Notes under the pieces: generated by a model
Database searches by the model: none
What the model was told of the DNA's origin: nothing
Seen by the model: the letters and a program-made list of their open reading frames with translations, nothing else
Shown: positions 62,971 through 64,000 of the stretch, one piece after another
Layout: every line of letters starts with the position of its first letter
Position numbering within the stretch: position 1 is the first letter of the stretch
Source: Bdellovibrionales bacterium
GTDB taxonomy: Bacteria > Bdellovibrionota > Bdellovibrionia > Bdellovibrionales > UBA1609
Length of the DNA: 64,000 nucleotides
Direction of reading: 5' to 3'
NCBI GenBank assembly: GCA_965261545.1
Contig: CBDHDF010000010.1
Span: 800,001-864,000 of the forward strand
Made by a program: the position numbers and the translations under genes

Positions 62971-63522
62971 TCATGGCTGATGGTCCTTGGATGTTTTGGG
63001 TTCGGAAGTTCCCTGTTTATGGGGAAGGGTTTGAGAAGAGCGAGACTCTGTAGGCTCCGGGGAAGAAACTCCAGACCCAGACCCAGGTGTCGATGTTGCT
63101 GGCTCAGATGGAGAGGCTTTAGAGGGAGGTACCTCCATGGCTTTGCCTTTCATATCCTTCATATCTTTCATATCCTTATTTTCTAACATGTCTTGATTTT
63201 CTAAAATACCGGAGTCCTTTTTTCCATTTTCTATGTTTTCCACAGGGGCAGATGTAGGAATAAAATCATCAATGACACTTTTATTGGACTGCGTAGATAG
63301 ATAGGCAAGTCCAATACATGTGGCAGCAAAGGTCACTGCTGTGACCCGAGTTAGCTTCACCAAAAAGCTGGAGGCACCTCCTGCCCCAAAAATGGTTTGC
63401 GAGCTTCCACCTCCACCAAGAGGCCCCATAGCTCCACCTTTGGAATCTTGAAGCAACACAAGCAAAATAAGCACGAAGGCCACCGATAGATGAATAATTG
63501 TTATAAAAGCTAAAAGACTCAT
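62971..63522 (-). CDS. secG: Preprotein translocase subunit SecG with long disordered tail
   Basis: LILLVLLQDSKGG.MG..GGG..SQTIFGAGGA..FL.KLT. Confidence 0.93.
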   Translation of the reverse strand: MSLLAFITIIHLSVAFVLILLVLLQDSKGGAMGPLGGGGSSQTIFGAGGASSFLVKLTRVTAVTFAATCIGLAYLSTQSNKSVIDDFIPTSAPVENIENGKKDSGILENQDMLENKDMKDMKDMKGKAMEVPPSKASPSEPATSTPGSGSGVSSPEPTESRSSQTLPHKQGTSEPKTSKDHQP

Positions 63523-63756
63523 AGTTAAGGCTCTCCTAAAACGATGAAAGTACAATGCAAATTTACAAAAGGCAAATTGTGTCACCCACTATCTCCGAAA
63601 ATAATGCATAGAGTTGCTATCCTCCGTCCTTTCTCACACCATGTCACATAGTGTGAGAAAGGAAGGGAAGGCAGAAGGAGATAAAATCGCATCATTCGCA
63701 TAATCAATGACAAGTGGATCATGGACGGTTTAGAAAAGTTAAGATAGAAAAAGAGA

Positions 63757-64000
63757 GTGGCATTTATTGTATTTGAAGGTTTAGACGGATCGGGTAAATC
63801 AACTCTCATAAGTACTTTTGCTGAGAAGCTTAAGTCCCATGGCATTGAGTGCATTCTCACTCGGGAGCCAGGGGGGACAGTTTTGGGAGAAGAGGTGCGT
63901 CGCCTTTTATTGTCCACGGAAGGAGAACCACCAAGTCCCCGGTGTGAGTTGCTTCTCTATGAGGCCATTCGGGCCCAACATGTCGATGTTAAAATCCGGC
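63757..64000 (+). CDS. tmk: Thymidylate kinase (partial, runs off window end)
   Basis: GTG start; FIVFEGLDGSGKST, TREPGG, ELLLY.A.RAQH. Confidence 0.93.
   Translation, partial: MAFIVFEGLDGSGKSTLISTFAEKLKSHGIECILTREPGGTVLGEEVRRLLLSTEGEPPSPRCELLLYEAIRAQHVDVKIR

Noticed and set aside
74..63917. Numerous short antisense or overlapping ORFs, including MWWLKETAL... and ...MPFP chimeras
   Set aside because: Shadow frames of real genes or read-through from IS4-A IRs; no independent motifs
1..64000. IS110/IS1111 bridge-RNA, TnpB/IscB, retron or DGR systems; tRNA/rRNA genes
   Set aside because: No DEDD recombinase, RuvC-type nuclease, intact RT, TR/VR pair or tRNA/rRNA signature was recognised

Overview
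Bacterial chromosome segment, tentatively Bdellovibrionota-like (xxNC lipoboxes, AgmX/PglI-type protein). Roughly 85-90% of positions 1-56,550 is a nested insertion-sequence graveyard with at least 17 distinct elements: three IS4-family (6, 3 and 1 copies), four IS21, four IS1634, IS256, ISL3, one IS5/ISNCY-like, three ISNCY-type, an orphan terminus, a 105-bp MITE, and group II intron sequences. Boundaries were read from terminal inverted repeats (IRs) and target-site duplications (TSDs). Host backbone survives as a RelE/HigA-type toxin-antitoxin pair, a lipoprotein gene, queC-ppk1-sixA-ppx, and an IS-free block from 56.6 kb to the end (large Ig-repeat lipoprotein, secG, tmk). Best leads: (i) a ~98-bp covarying palindrome carrying DnaA boxes, 3' of the transposition genes in three different IS elements of two families; (ii) a 626-nt ORF-less group II intron in codon 6 of an IS256 transposase whose removal restores the ORF exactly; (iii) an IS4 transposase fused to a DUF4338/DruA-like domain; (iv) an IS4 carrying a SEC-C membrane passenger and a polymorphic MITE, which hit the same 10-bp site twice in opposite orientations; (v) the most abundant IS4, whose transposase frame has no canonical start. 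Element labels (IS4-A etc.) are mine. Family calls come from motif recognition only; no database search was run.
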